Positions 37,001 through 49,200 of a stretch of DNA of 64,000 bases are shown here, piece after piece; position 1 is the stretch's first letter, and every line of letters begins with the position of its first letter. The position numbers and the translations under genes were made by a program. Location of the stretch: positions 4,053,258-4,117,257 of the forward strand of contig CM082585.2 in NCBI GenBank assembly GCA_040954595.2. Direction: 5' to 3'. The DNA comes from Balanoglossus misakiensis (taxonomy: Eukaryota; Animalia; Hemichordata). Under the pieces are notes generated by a model. That model was not told the origin of the DNA. It did no database searches and saw only the letters and a list, made by a program, of their open reading frames with translations.

Positions 37001-39396
37001 TTTCAGCCTACCAATGTAGCTATTACATTTTCCACTTTTTGTAAGTGAAGCCTGACTGTCGCCTGTCTTAGGTCACCACTTCATAAGCGGTCTTACCCGT
37101 CATTGGCACAAACAGTCTCAGGAAGTAAGCTTTCAGCCTACCAATGTAGCTATTACATTTTCCACTTTTTGTAAGTGAAGCCTGACTGTCGCCTGTCTTA
37201 GGTCACCACTTCATAAGCGGTCTTACCCGTCATTGGCGAAAACAGTCTCAGGAAGTAAGCTTTCAGCCTACCAATGTAGCTATTACATTTTTCACTTTTT
37301 GTAAGTGAAGCCTGACTGTCGCCTGTCTTAGGTCACCACTTCATAAGCGGTCTTACCCGTCATTGGCACAAACAGTCTCAGGAAGTAAGCTTTCAGCCTA
37401 CCAATGTAGCTTTTACATTTTCCACTTATTGTAAGTGAAGCCTGACTGTCGCCTGTCTTAGGTCACCACTTCATAAGCGGTCTTACCCGTCATTGGCACA
37501 AACAGTCTCAGGAAGTAAGCTTTCAGCCTACCAATGTAGCTATTACATTTTCCACTTTTTGTAAGTGAAGCCTGACTGTCGCCTGTCTTAGGTCACCACT
37601 TCATAAGCGGTCTTACCCGTCATTGGCACAAACAGTCTCAGGAAGTAAGCTTTCAGCCTACCAATGTAGCTATTATATTTTCCACTTTTTGTAAGTGAAG
37701 CCTGACTGTCGCCTGTCTTAGGTCACCACTTCATAAGAGGTCTTACCCGTCATTGGCACAAACAGTCTCAGGAAGTAAGCTTTCAGCCTACCAATGTAGC
37801 TATTACATTTTCCACTTTTTGTAAGTGAAGCCTGACTGTCGCCTGTCTTAGGTCACCACTTCATAAGCGGTCTTAGCTGTCATTGGCACAAACAGTCTCA
37901 GGAAGTAAGCTTTCAGCCTACCAATGTAGCTATTATATTTTCCACTTTTGTAAGTGAAGCCTGACTGTCGCCTGTCTTAGGTCACCACTTCATAAGCGGT
38001 CTTACCCGTCATTGGCACAAACAGTCTCAGGAAGTAAGCTTTCAGCCTACCAATGTAGCTATTACATTTTCCACTTATTGTAAGTGAAGCCTGACTGTCG
38101 CCTGTCTTAGGTCACCACTTCATAAGCGGTCCTTCCCGTCATTGGCACAAACAGTCTCAGGAAATAAGCTTTCAGCCTACCAATGTAGCTATTACATTTT
38201 CCACTTTTTGTAAGTGAAGCCTGACTGTCGCCTGTCTTAGGTCACCACTTCATAAGCGGTCTTACCCGTCATTGGCACAAACAGTCTCAGGAAGTAAGCT
38301 TTCAGCCTACCAATGTAGCTATTATATTTTCCACTTTTTGTAAGTGAAGCCTGACTGTCGCCTGTCTTAGGTCACCACTTCATAAGAGGTCTTACCCGTC
38401 ATTGGCACAAACAGTCTCAGGAAGTAAGCTTTCAGCCTACCAATGTAGCTATTACATTTTCCACTTTTTGTAAGTGAAGCCTGACTGTCGCCTGTCTTAG
38501 GTCACCACTTCATAAGCGGTCTTACCCGTCATTGGCACAAACAGTCTCAGGAAGTAAGCTTTCAGCCTACCAATGTAGCTATTATATTTTCCACTTTTGT
38601 AAGTGAAGCCTGACTGTCGCCTGTCTTAGGTCACCACTTCATAAGCGGTCTTACCCGTCATTGGCACAAACAGTCTCAGGAAGTAAGCTTTCAGCCTACC
38701 AATGTAGCTATTATATTTTACACTTTTTGTAAGTGAAGCCTGACTGTCGCCTGTCTTAGGTCACTACTTCATAAGCGGTCTTACCCGTCATTGGCACAAA
38801 CAGTCTCAGGAAGTAAGCTTTCAGCCTACCAATGTAGCTATTATATTTTCCACTTTTTGTAAGTGAAGCCTGACTGTCGCCTGTCTTAGGTCACCACTTC
38901 ATAAGCGGTCTTACCCGTCATTGGCACAAACAGTCTCAGGAAGTAAGATTTCAGCCTACCAATGTAGCTATTACATTTTCCACTTTTTGTAAGTGAAGCC
39001 TGACTGTCGCCTGTCTTAGGTCACCACTTCATAAGCGGTCTTACCCGTCATTGGCACAAACAGTCTCAGGAAGTAAGATTTCAGCCTACCAATGTAGCTA
39101 TTACATTTTCCACTTTTTGTAAGTGAAGCCTGACTGTCGCCTGTCTTAGGTCACCACTTCATAAGCGGTCTTACCCGTCATTGGCACAAACAGTCTCAGG
39201 AAGTAAGCTTTCAGCCTACCAATGTAGCTATTACATTTTCCACTTTTTGTAAGTGAAGCCTGACTGTCGCCTGTCTTAGGTCACCACTTCATAAGCGGTC
39301 TTACCCGTCATTGGCACAAACAGTCTCAGGAAGTAAGCTTTCAGCCTACCAATGTAGCTATTACATTTTCCACTTATTGTAAGTGAAGCCTGACTG

Positions 39397-41486
39397 CACC
39401 CTTACCAAAATCGGGTGCACCCGAAAGGCACCCGAAAGAACACACCCCAGGTGCACCTTAGGTGGCACCCGAAACACACCCTTCAGAACACACCCGAAAC
39501 CACCTTAAATTGGTCACTTTAGGTGTGTTTCGGGTTGTCAAAACAGGTGCATTATAGGTGCACCCGAAAGGCACCCGAAATAGAGCACACCCGAGGTGCA
39601 CCTTAGGTGGCACCTAAAACACACCCGTATGATATGGTATGGATGCACCCGAAACGCACCCGGAACAACATACTCCGGGTGCACTTTAGGTGGCACCTAA
39701 AACACACCTGAATGATATATATTATGGATGTATTATGCAGTTGCTGCAGTGGCTCATACACACACACACACACACACACACAATGTGAAAAAAACAGCCA
39801 ATACAATTATTGTTCAATAAAACTAAAAGTCAATATATTGCTAATTGTAAACTTAATAAAGTTCTTTTGTACAGTACAGTAAAAATAAAATGAAGGATAA
39901 AATGATTGAGCTACATAGTACAGTTCGACTAGCTATGTACAAACACTTGTAATCTACACTAAGTTCGATGGAAATGTGGTCACCGTGATCAGAATATAGT
40001 CAGTGGTTTCACAGCAATAATAAAGTAATCCGAGGCATGCTGCTTCACATTTCTGTCAGGGAACGATATTATGCAACGTACATGCAATGTCCACGCCATT
40101 TTCAATGAACCATTCTCGCGGATGCTCGTCCATGCATCATCATCCTTAAATGACGATCGAGATTTCTTGTAATGAGTACGGTCAAATCAACAGCTATCAA
40201 TGGACACACCACAGGAGTAGGTGTTCGTTCAAAACGCGTTTGGTACTTACAATCGTCCGTGTCGTATCAAAACGCGATGTGTTTGAATGCGACTGTTTAC
40301 TGACATCGAGAATGGCGGCCACATTGTTATGACCGCGTCGACCGATGCGCGCGATGAACGTACGTGACTGACCTCAATTGTCATGATCTTACGTGTTTTG
40401 ATATCCGCACGTCATCTCTGACGCCTAAAGTAGTCGGAACAACGAAACAATTTCACAAATTTTGCTAAAATTGCGTCGAAATGGCTTTCCGACATTGACT
40501 TCCATGTCTACGATGTGGACTTGCCAGTATGACTGTTCAATGACGTTATTATGAATGAACCAATCCGGTTAAGTATGTTAATGACGTCCCGGGTCAAAAG
40601 TCAAGTATTGTACTTCGGCCAGTACAACTTGCAAGGGTTGTAGATTGTGGTGAAAATCTCGGAAAACTTTTATTAAAATCGTGATCTCCAAAATAAAGAG
40701 ACAGAACTTGATTTTGTGGGATATTCCAGTACATATAAATAAAAAGAAATGTGTTTTATTCCTTGGAGCTGTGTTAATTATTTAATAAAATATATTCAGA
40801 AATTTTCCAACTTCAACAGATGATATAATTTTTCATCAACTAACTGATGTGAAAAAGTTGCAAAGTCTAAAGTGGGTGTGTTTTGGGTGCCTTCCCGATG
40901 TGAAAAAGTTGCAAAGTCTAAAGCGGGTGTGTTTTGGGTGCCTTCCCGATGTGAAAAAGTTGCAAAGTCTAAAGCGGGTGTGTTTTGGGTGCCTTCCCGA
41001 TGTGAAAAAGTTGCAAAGTCTAAAGCGGGTGTGTTTTGGGTGCCTTCCCTATGTGAAAAAGTTGCAAAGTCTAAAGCGGGTGTGTTTTGGGTGCCTTCCC
41101 GATGTGAAAAAGTTGCAAAGTCTAAAGCGGGTGTGTTTTGGGTGCCTTCCCGATGTGAAAAAGTTGCAAAGTCTAAAGCGGGTGTGTTTTGGGTGCCTTC
41201 CCGATGTGAAAAAGTTGCAAAGTCTAAAGCAGGTGTGTTTTGGGTGCCTTCACAGCCAGTGCTGATTTCAGGAGGTGTATTTAGGGTGCACCCGTAAGAC
41301 ACCTATTCAGTTTATGTTGTAGGGGTGGATTTCGGGTGGGTTAGACCACCCACCCAAAACCCACCTCATCTTACAGTGGTGTGTTTTAGGTAGGTTACGG
41401 GTGGGTCTAAGTGCAATTGGTGTGTTTTGGGTGTATTTTAGGTGCACCCGAGGTGCACCCGAACACTCGGAAATTTGGTAAGGGTG
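39397..41486. mobile_element. Non-autonomous TIR DNA transposon, CMC/EnSpm-like, inserted in the satellite
   Basis: TIRs CACCCTTACCAAA / TTTGGTAAGGGTG with many subterminal GGTGCACC and CACCCGAAA motifs at both ends; no transposase ORF. The satellite resumes in register. Confidence 0.88.
40846..41250. repeat. 51-bp minisatellite (about 8 units) inside the TIR element
   Basis: GATGTGAAAAAGTTGCAAAGTCTAAAGCGGGTGTGTTTTGGGTGCCTTCCC repeated. Confidence 0.95.
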
Positions 41487-42756
41487 TCGCCTGTCTTAGG
41501 TCACCACTTCATAAGAGGTCTTACCCGTCATTGGCACAAACAGTCTCAGGAAGTAAGCTTTCAGCCTACCAATGTAGCTATTATATTTTCCACTTTTTGT
41601 AAGTGAAGCCTGACTTTCGCCTGTCTTAGGTCACCACTTCATAAGCGGTCTTACCCGTCATTGGCACAAACAGTCTCAGGAAGTAAGCTTTCAGCCTACC
41701 AATGTAGCTATTATATTTTCCACTTTTTGTAAGTGAAGCCTGACTGTCGCCTGTCTTAGGTCACCACTTCATAAGCGGTCTTACCCGTCATTGGCACAAA
41801 CAGTCTCAGGAAGTAAGCTTTCAGCCTACCAATGTAGCTATTACATTTTCCACTTTTTGTAAGTGAAGCCTGACTGTCGCCTGTCTTAGGTCACCACTTC
41901 ATAAGCGGTCTTACCCGTCATTGGCACAAACAGTCTCAGGAAGTAAGCTTTCAGCCTACCAATGTAGCTATTATATTTTCCACTTTTTGTAAGTGAAGCC
42001 TGACTGTCGCCTGTCTTAGGTCACCACTTCATAAGAGGTCTTACCCGTCATTGGCACAAACAGTCTCAGGAAGTAAGCTTTCAGCCTACCAATGTAGCTA
42101 TTATATTTTCCACTTTTTGTAAGTGAAGCCTGACTGTCGCCTGTCTTAGGTCACCACTTCATAAGCGGTCTTACCCGTCATTGGCACAAACAGTCTCAGG
42201 AAGTAAGCTTTCAGCCTACCAATGTAGCTATTATATTTTCCACTTTTTGTAAGTGAAGCCTGACTGTCGCCTGTCTTAGGTCACCACTTCATAAGCGGTC
42301 TTACCCGTCATTGGCACAAACAGTCTCAGGAAGTAAGCTTTCAGCCTACCAATGTAGCTATTACATTTTCCACTTTTTGTAAGTGAAGCCTGACTGTCGC
42401 CTGTCTTAGGTCACCACTTCATAAGCGGTCTTACCCGTCATTGGCACAAACAGTCTCAGGAAGTAAGCTTTCAGCCTACCAATGTAGCTATTATATTTTC
42501 CACTTTTTGTAAGTGAAGCCTGACTGTCGCCTGTCTTAGATCACCACTTCATAAGCGGTCTTACCCGTCATTGGCACAAACAGTCTCAGGAAGTTAGCTT
42601 TCAGCCTACCAATGTAGCTATTATATTTTCCACTTTTTGTAAGTGAAGCCTGACTGTCGCCTGTCTTAGGTCACCACTTCATAAGCGGTCTTACCCGTCA
42701 TTGGCACAAACAGTCTCAGGAAGTAAGCTTTCAGCCTACCAATGTAGCTATTATAT

Positions 42757-45700
42757 GATAATGGTAGTGCGCCTTGCAGGCAGCCTCCACACTGTGCTCT
42801 CCAGTTTTTGCTGATGTTTGTCCTATCAAGGCCTAGGAACTCACCAATTTTATAACAGTTGCTCTATGAAGGTCTACTGACTGCAATTCTGTAAGTTTCA
42901 TTCGATCAGAAGCTATCGTCAACTACCTTTTCTGGATTTTCTTTTTGGAAATTTGTGCTTCATCTGAGATTGTTCCACTGAGGTCCTGCAGTTCTATTGT
43001 TTTCCATCGGAGTCTTTTCATATGCTAATCATATGAGAACAATGAACATTCTCCTGCTGAATTTTTTGCTGTTAATTACTGTAATTACCACCATGCAATA
43101 CTCTGGAAATATGCTACACCTGTTGAACAACATATCGTCCAATACAAGATTGCCAACATCAGTCTGGAATGCGATCAAGGCCTGCAAACTGCAAGGAAGA
43201 CCAGCAACTCATCGTGGGGTAAGAGCAGGCACCCGCAAACAGAAATTCCCCACAACTGTTCCCCAGCTGCATCAACACATTACATCCAATTGTAACACCC
43301 AGTCGCTTTTAGTGTCATCGACAAGTGACCAATGCAAGCCAATACTCCGACAAACCAAACTCCATCTCACAAATTGGAATGTTAGATCAATCTGCAACAA
43401 AGCAACTGTAGTTGGCGATTACATCACTGAACAGAACATAGATTTATTAGCCATGACTGAAACTTGGATGAATGACACCAATAACCACGTCATCAATGAA
43501 TGCACTCCCCAAGGGTACTCATTTTGTCAAACGCCACGCAAGACATCATCTGGCGGGGGTGTTGCCCTTGTTTACAAGTCAACTATGAAACTTTCTTCAT
43601 GGAAACCGTTCAACTTTAAATCCTTTGAAGCTTCATTAGCCACTCTGTCTCACCGCGGAATTTCAATCAAACTTATTATACTATATCGTCCCCCTCCAAA
43701 TAAGAAGAATAGACTCACAACACCACAATTCCTGTCCGAATTTGGTGTTTTGCTGGAGCAGTTCAGCACATGCAATAGCCACCTGTTTATTGTCGGCGAT
43801 TTCAACCTACATATTGATGATTCACAGAATACCAACACAAAGAAATTTACCGATGTTATTGACTCATGTGGCATGAAACAATGGGTACAAAGCTCAACTC
43901 ATATACGCGGTCATATCCTTGATTTAATCATCACAAACTCTGAGTCGGTCATTGATTCGATAGATATTCATCATCCAATTCTCTCTGATCACAGCCCTGT
44001 CCATGCCAAGGTTATGTTACAGAAGCCACCACTCCAGAAACGTCAATTCAAGTATCGCTCCATATCTTCAATCTCCTCTACTGTCTTCTCCACGGACATT
44101 ATCGCCATACCCGACTTTCATCAGCCTCAAACCGATGTCCATTCAGCTATAGCCGCCTACAATAGACACCTCTCCAATCTCCTAGATCAACATGCACCTC
44201 TCAAGACACGCATCGAAACCATCAGACCAAATACAAAATGGTACACCACTGATATACGCCAAGCAAAACAGCAAAGAAGATCAGCTGAACATAAATGGCG
44301 CTCTACTAAACTGGAGATTCACCTCCAGATCTACAAAGATAGATGTCACCTGGTCAACACGCTCATTCGTCAAGCTAAGCGCAATTACTACACCAATCTC
44401 ATAAAGGACAATGCAGATAATCAAAGAACACTGTTCAGAACCATTTCATCACTGTTCCATAAGCCAACATCTGTACCCACCCATACCTCCACTCTAGAGC
44501 TTACACAGCGTTTTAGCAAATATTTCATTAAGAAAATCAGCGACATCAGAAACAACCTCAACCTGAACACTTCGACCAGTCAGCAGGACATTTTCGAAAT
44601 CATCTCTACATCCAGTTTATCACAATTCAACTCAGTTAATACAGAAGATGTCAAGAAAGTCATAGTCCACTCGCCAACGAAGTCATGCTGCCTCGATCCA
44701 ATTCCAACCTCACTGCTCAAGAAATGTCTCGACTCACTACTTCCTTTCATCACAGAAGTTATCAATCTGTCCCTCCACACTGGTTTATTTCCACGACTAT
44801 TCAAATCAGCTATCGTCACTCCACTCCTGAAGAAACCGTCCCTGGATTTCAATATACTCAAGAATTATCGCCCTGTTTCCAATCTTCCATTTCTTTCCAA
44901 AGTACTCGAGAAGATCGTCGCGGCTCAAATCACTGACTACCTCACCAAAAACTCTCTCCAGGTACCATTACAGTCAGCATACAGAAAATACCACAGTACA
45001 GAAACTGCACTTTTGAAAGTACACAACGACATCTGTTTATCCGTGGACTCTGGCAACTATGTTCTTCTCATCCTCCTTGATCTCTCCGCTGCTTTTGACA
45101 CAATTGATCACAATATACTACTTCATCGACTCTCGCATCTTGGTATCTCCGGTGTCGCACTCAAATGGTTCACTTCATATTTGAAGCAACGGGAACAGTC
45201 TGTTAAAATCAACGATGTCATCAGTGAACCATCAGAACTCAGCTTCGGCGTCCCTCAGGGCTCAGTTCTCGGGCCTCTCTTGTTTACTATCTACATTGCT
45301 CCACTATCAAATTTGATACACAAGCACAATCTACATTTTCACCAGTACGCAGATGACAACCAGCTTTATCTTTCATTTTCTCATCGTGACTCTCCCGCAG
45401 CCCTGTCTTCGATTGAAACCTGCATTCTCGATATCAAGGAATGGATGACCCATAATAAACTCCAGCTTAATGACAGTAAAACCGAAGTTCTCCTGATTCG
45501 CTCCAAGTTTAACAGCTCACCAGATCCTGTTAACAGTGTCAACATTGGTTCCACTTATGTTACACCTGTCTCATCTGCTCGCAATATAGGCATGATCTTC
45601 GACAGTAATCATATGTTCAGTCAGCACATAAAGTACACCTGCAAATCGATCTACAGTCACCTCCGCCGAATTGGATCTATACGACGTTACATAACCAACG

Positions 45701-46268
45701 AGACTTGCCAAACCTTAGTACATGCAACTCTATCTGCCAAACTTGACTACTGTAACTCACTCCTGTATGGCCTCCCAGAAAACACAATCACCCTACTTCA
45801 AAGAGCTCAGAATACTTCAGCCAGAATAGTCATGCGCACTAGGAAATTCACGCCTATCACTCCAGTTCTTGCCCAGCTCCATTGGTTACCAGTTCGTCTC
45901 AGGATCGACTACAAAATTTTGTTGATAACTTTCAAAGTTATCCAAAACCAGACTCCAGCTTACATCAGTGATCTACTGCAGCCATACACTCCCACTCGTA
46001 CACTGCGTTCTTCCACCAAGAAACTTTTAACATGTACAACCTACAAAAACAAGACTTATGGCGGCCGTGCCTTCTCCTATGCAGCCCCTAAACTGTGGAA
46101 CGCACTACCTCTTGACATCAGGGAATCAACAAACCTGGAGACTTTCAAAAGAAAACTGAAAACTCATATGTTCGAAAGAGCATACAGTGTGGTTTAACCA
46201 TGAGCGTCATTGGGCAAAATTTCTTTTTGGATTTTGGCGCTATATAAACTCTGTTGATTGATTGATTG
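42757..46268 (+). mobile_element. Intact L2-group (CR1 superfamily) non-LTR retrotransposon inserted in the satellite
   Basis: One long EN-RT ORF, a short 3' UTR with an AGCGTCA...TGGCGCT stem-loop and a (GATT)n tail. Flanked by ATTATAT at 42750-42756 and 46269-46275. Confidence 0.93.
43033..46197 (+). CDS. LINE ORF2-type protein: APE endonuclease plus reverse transcriptase
   Basis: Endonuclease motifs WNVRS, TETW, GGGVA, YRPP, GDFN, LDL, SDH. RT motifs NYRPVSNL, QSAYR, STETAL, LDLSAAFDTIDH, GVPQGSVLGP, YADD. No stops. First ATG is at 43033; a Kozak-like ACCACCATG is at 43093. Confidence 0.97.
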   Translation: MRTMNILLLNFLLLITVITTMQYSGNMLHLLNNISSNTRLPTSVWNAIKACKLQGRPATHRGVRAGTRKQKFPTTVPQLHQHITSNCNTQSLLVSSTSDQCKPILRQTKLHLTNWNVRSICNKATVVGDYITEQNIDLLAMTETWMNDTNNHVINECTPQGYSFCQTPRKTSSGGGVALVYKSTMKLSSWKPFNFKSFEASLATLSHRGISIKLIILYRPPPNKKNRLTTPQFLSEFGVLLEQFSTCNSHLFIVGDFNLHIDDSQNTNTKKFTDVIDSCGMKQWVQSSTHIRGHILDLIITNSESVIDSIDIHHPILSDHSPVHAKVMLQKPPLQKRQFKYRSISSISSTVFSTDIIAIPDFHQPQTDVHSAIAAYNRHLSNLLDQHAPLKTRIETIRPNTKWYTTDIRQAKQQRRSAEHKWRSTKLEIHLQIYKDRCHLVNTLIRQAKRNYYTNLIKDNADNQRTLFRTISSLFHKPTSVPTHTSTLELTQRFSKYFIKKISDIRNNLNLNTSTSQQDIFEIISTSSLSQFNSVNTEDVKKVIVHSPTKSCCLDPIPTSLLKKCLDSLLPFITEVINLSLHTGLFPRLFKSAIVTPLLKKPSLDFNILKNYRPVSNLPFLSKVLEKIVAAQITDYLTKNSLQVPLQSAYRKYHSTETALLKVHNDICLSVDSGNYVLLILLDLSAAFDTIDHNILLHRLSHLGISGVALKWFTSYLKQREQSVKINDVISEPSELSFGVPQGSVLGPLLFTIYIAPLSNLIHKHNLHFHQYADDNQLYLSFSHRDSPAALSSIETCILDIKEWMTHNKLQLNDSKTEVLLIRSKFNSSPDPVNSVNIGSTYVTPVSSARNIGMIFDSNHMFSQHIKYTCKSIYSHLRRIGSIRRYITNETCQTLVHATLSAKLDYCNSLLYGLPENTITLLQRAQNTSARIVMRTRKFTPITPVLAQLHWLPVRLRIDYKILLITFKVIQNQTPAYISDLLQPYTPTRTLRSSTKKLLTCTTYKNKTYGGRAFSYAAPKLWNALPLDIRESTNLETFKRKLKTHMFERAYSVV

Positions 46269-49200
46269 ATTATATTTTCCACTTTTTGTAAGTGAAGCCT
46301 GACTGTCGCCTGTCTTAGATCACCACTTCATAAGCGGTCTTACCCGTCATTGGCACAAACAGTCTCAGGAAGTTAGCTTTCAGCCTACCAATGTAGCTAT
46401 TATATTTTCCACTTTTTGTAAGTGAAGCCTGACTGTCGCCTGTCTTAGGTCACCACTTCATAAGCGGTCTTACCCGTCATTGGCACAAACAGTCTCAGGA
46501 AGTAAGCTTTCAGCCTACCAATGTAGCTATTATATTTTCCACTTTTTGTAAGTGAAGCCTGACTGTCGCCTGTCTTAGGTCACCACTTCATAAGCGGTCT
46601 TACCCGTCATTGGCACAAACAGTCTCAGGAAGTAAGCTTTCAGCCTACCAATGTAGCTATTATATTTTCCACTTTTTGTAAGTGAAGCCTGACTGTCGCC
46701 TGTCTTAGGTCACCACTTCATAAGCGGTCTTACCCGTCATTGGCACAAACAGTCTCAGGAAGTAAGCTTTCAGCCTACCAATGTAGCTATTACATTTTCC
46801 ACTTTTTGTAAGTGAAGCCTGACTGTCGCCTGTCTTAGGTCACCACTTCATAAGCGGTCTTACCCGTCATTGGCACAAACAGTCTCAGGAAGTAAGCTTT
46901 CAGCCTACCAATGTAGCTATTACATTTTCCACTTTTTGTAAGTGAAGCCTGACTGTCGCCTGTCTTAGGTCACCACTTCATAAGAGGTCTTACCCGTCAT
47001 TGGCACAAACAGTCTCAGGAAGTAAGCTTTCAGCCTACCAATGTAGCTATTATATTTTCCACTTTTTGTAAGTGAAGCCTGACTGTCGCCTGTCTTATGT
47101 CACCACTTCAAAAGCGGTCTTACCCGTCATTGGCACAAACAGTCTCAGGAAGTAAGCTTTCAGCCTACCAATGTAGCTATTACATTTTCCACTTTTTGTA
47201 AGTGAAGCCTGACTGTCGCCTGTCTTAGGTCACCACTTCATAAGCGGTCTTACCCGTCATTGGCACAAACAGTCTCAGGAAGTAAGCTTTCAGCCTACCA
47301 ATGTAGCTATTACATTTTCCACTTTTTGTAAGTGAAGCCTGACTGTCGCCTGTCTTAGGTCACCACTTCATAAGTGGTCTTACCCGTCATTGGCACAAAC
47401 AGTCTCAGGAAGAAAGCTTTCAGCCTACCAATGTAGCTATTATATTTTCCACTTTTTGTAAGTGAAGCCTGACTGTCGCCTGTCTTAGGTCACCACTTCA
47501 TAAGCGGTCTTACCCGTCATTGGCACTAACAGTCTCAGGAAGTAAGCTTTCAGCCTACCAATGTAGCTATTATATTTTCCACTTTTTGTAAGTGAAGCCT
47601 GACTGTCGCCTGTCTTAGGTCACCACTTCATAAGCGGTCTTACCCGTCATTGGCACAAACAGTCTCAGGAAGTAAGCTTTCAGCCTACCAATGTAGCTAT
47701 TATATTTTCCACTTTTTGTAAGTGAAGCCCGACTGTCGCCTGTCTTAGGTCACCACTTCATAAGCGGTCTTACCCGTCATTGGCACAAACAGTCTCAGGA
47801 AGTAAGCTTTCAGCCTACCAATGTAGCTATTATATTTTCCACTTTTTGTAAGTGAAGCCCGACTGTCGCCTGTCTTAGGTCACCACTTCATAAGCGGTCT
47901 TACCCGTCATTGGCACAAACAGTCTCAGGAAGTAAGCTTTCAGCCTACCAATGTAGCTATTATATTTTCCACTTTTTGTAAGTGAAGCCTGACTGTCGCC
48001 TGTCTTAGGTCACCACTTCATAAGCGGTCTTACCCGTCATTGGCACAAACAGTCTCAGGAAGTAAGCTTTCAGCCTACCAATGTAGCTATTATATTTTCC
48101 ACTTTTTGTAAGTGAAGCCTGACTGTCGCCTGTCTTAGGTCACCACTTCATAAGCGGTCTTACCCGTCATTGGCACAAACAGTCTCAGGAAGTAAGCTTT
48201 CAGCCTACCAATGTAGCTATTACATTTTCCACTTTTTGTAAGTGAAGCCTGACTGTCGCCTGTCTTAGGTCACCACTTCATAAGAGGTCTTACCCGTCAT
48301 TGGCACAAACAGTCTCAGGAAGTAAGATTTCAGCCTACCAATGTAGCTATTACATTTTCCACTTTTTGTAAGTGAAGCCTGACTGTCGCCTGTCTTAGGT
48401 CACCACTTCATAAGCGGTCTTACCCGTCATTGGCACAAACAGTCTCAGGAAGTAAGCTTTCAGCCTACCAATGTAGCTATTATATTTTCCACTTTTTGTA
48501 AGTGAAGCCTGACTGTCGCCTGTCTTAGGTCACCACTTCATAAGCGGTCTTACCCGTCATTGGCACAAACAGTCTCAGGAAGTAAGCTTTCAGCCTACCA
48601 ATGTAGCTATTATATTTTCCACTTTTTGTAAGTGAAGCCTGACTGTCGCCTGTCTTAGGTCACCACTTCATAAGCGGTCTTACCCGTCATTGGCACAAAC
48701 AGTCTCAGGAAGTAAGCTTTCAGCCTACCAATGTAGCTATTACATTTTCCACTTTTTGTAAGTGAAGCCTGACTGTCGCCTGTCTTAGGTCACCACTTCA
48801 TAAGCGGTCTTACCCGTCATTGGCACAAACAGTCTCAGGAAGTAAGCTTTCAGCCTACCAATGTAGCTATTACATTTTCCACTTTTTGTAAGTGAAGCCT
48901 GACTGTCGCCTGTCTTAGGTCACCACTTCATAAGAGGTCTTACCCGTCATTGGCACAAACAGTCTCAGGAAGTAAGCTTTCAGCCTACCAATGTAGCTAT
49001 TATATTTTCCACTTTTTGTAAGTGAAGCCTGACTGTCGCCTGTCTTATGTCACCACTTCAAAAGCGGTCTTACCCGTCATTGGCACAAACAGTCTCAGGA
49101 AGTAAGCTTTCAGCCTACCAATGTAGCTATTACATTTTCCACTTTTTGTAAGTGAAGCCTGACTGTCGCCTGTCTTAGGTCACCACTTCATAAGCGGTCT

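Noticed and set aside
40796-41302. Repetitive 17-aa-unit ORFs on both strands
   Set aside because: These are translations of the 51-bp minisatellite inside a non-autonomous transposon.
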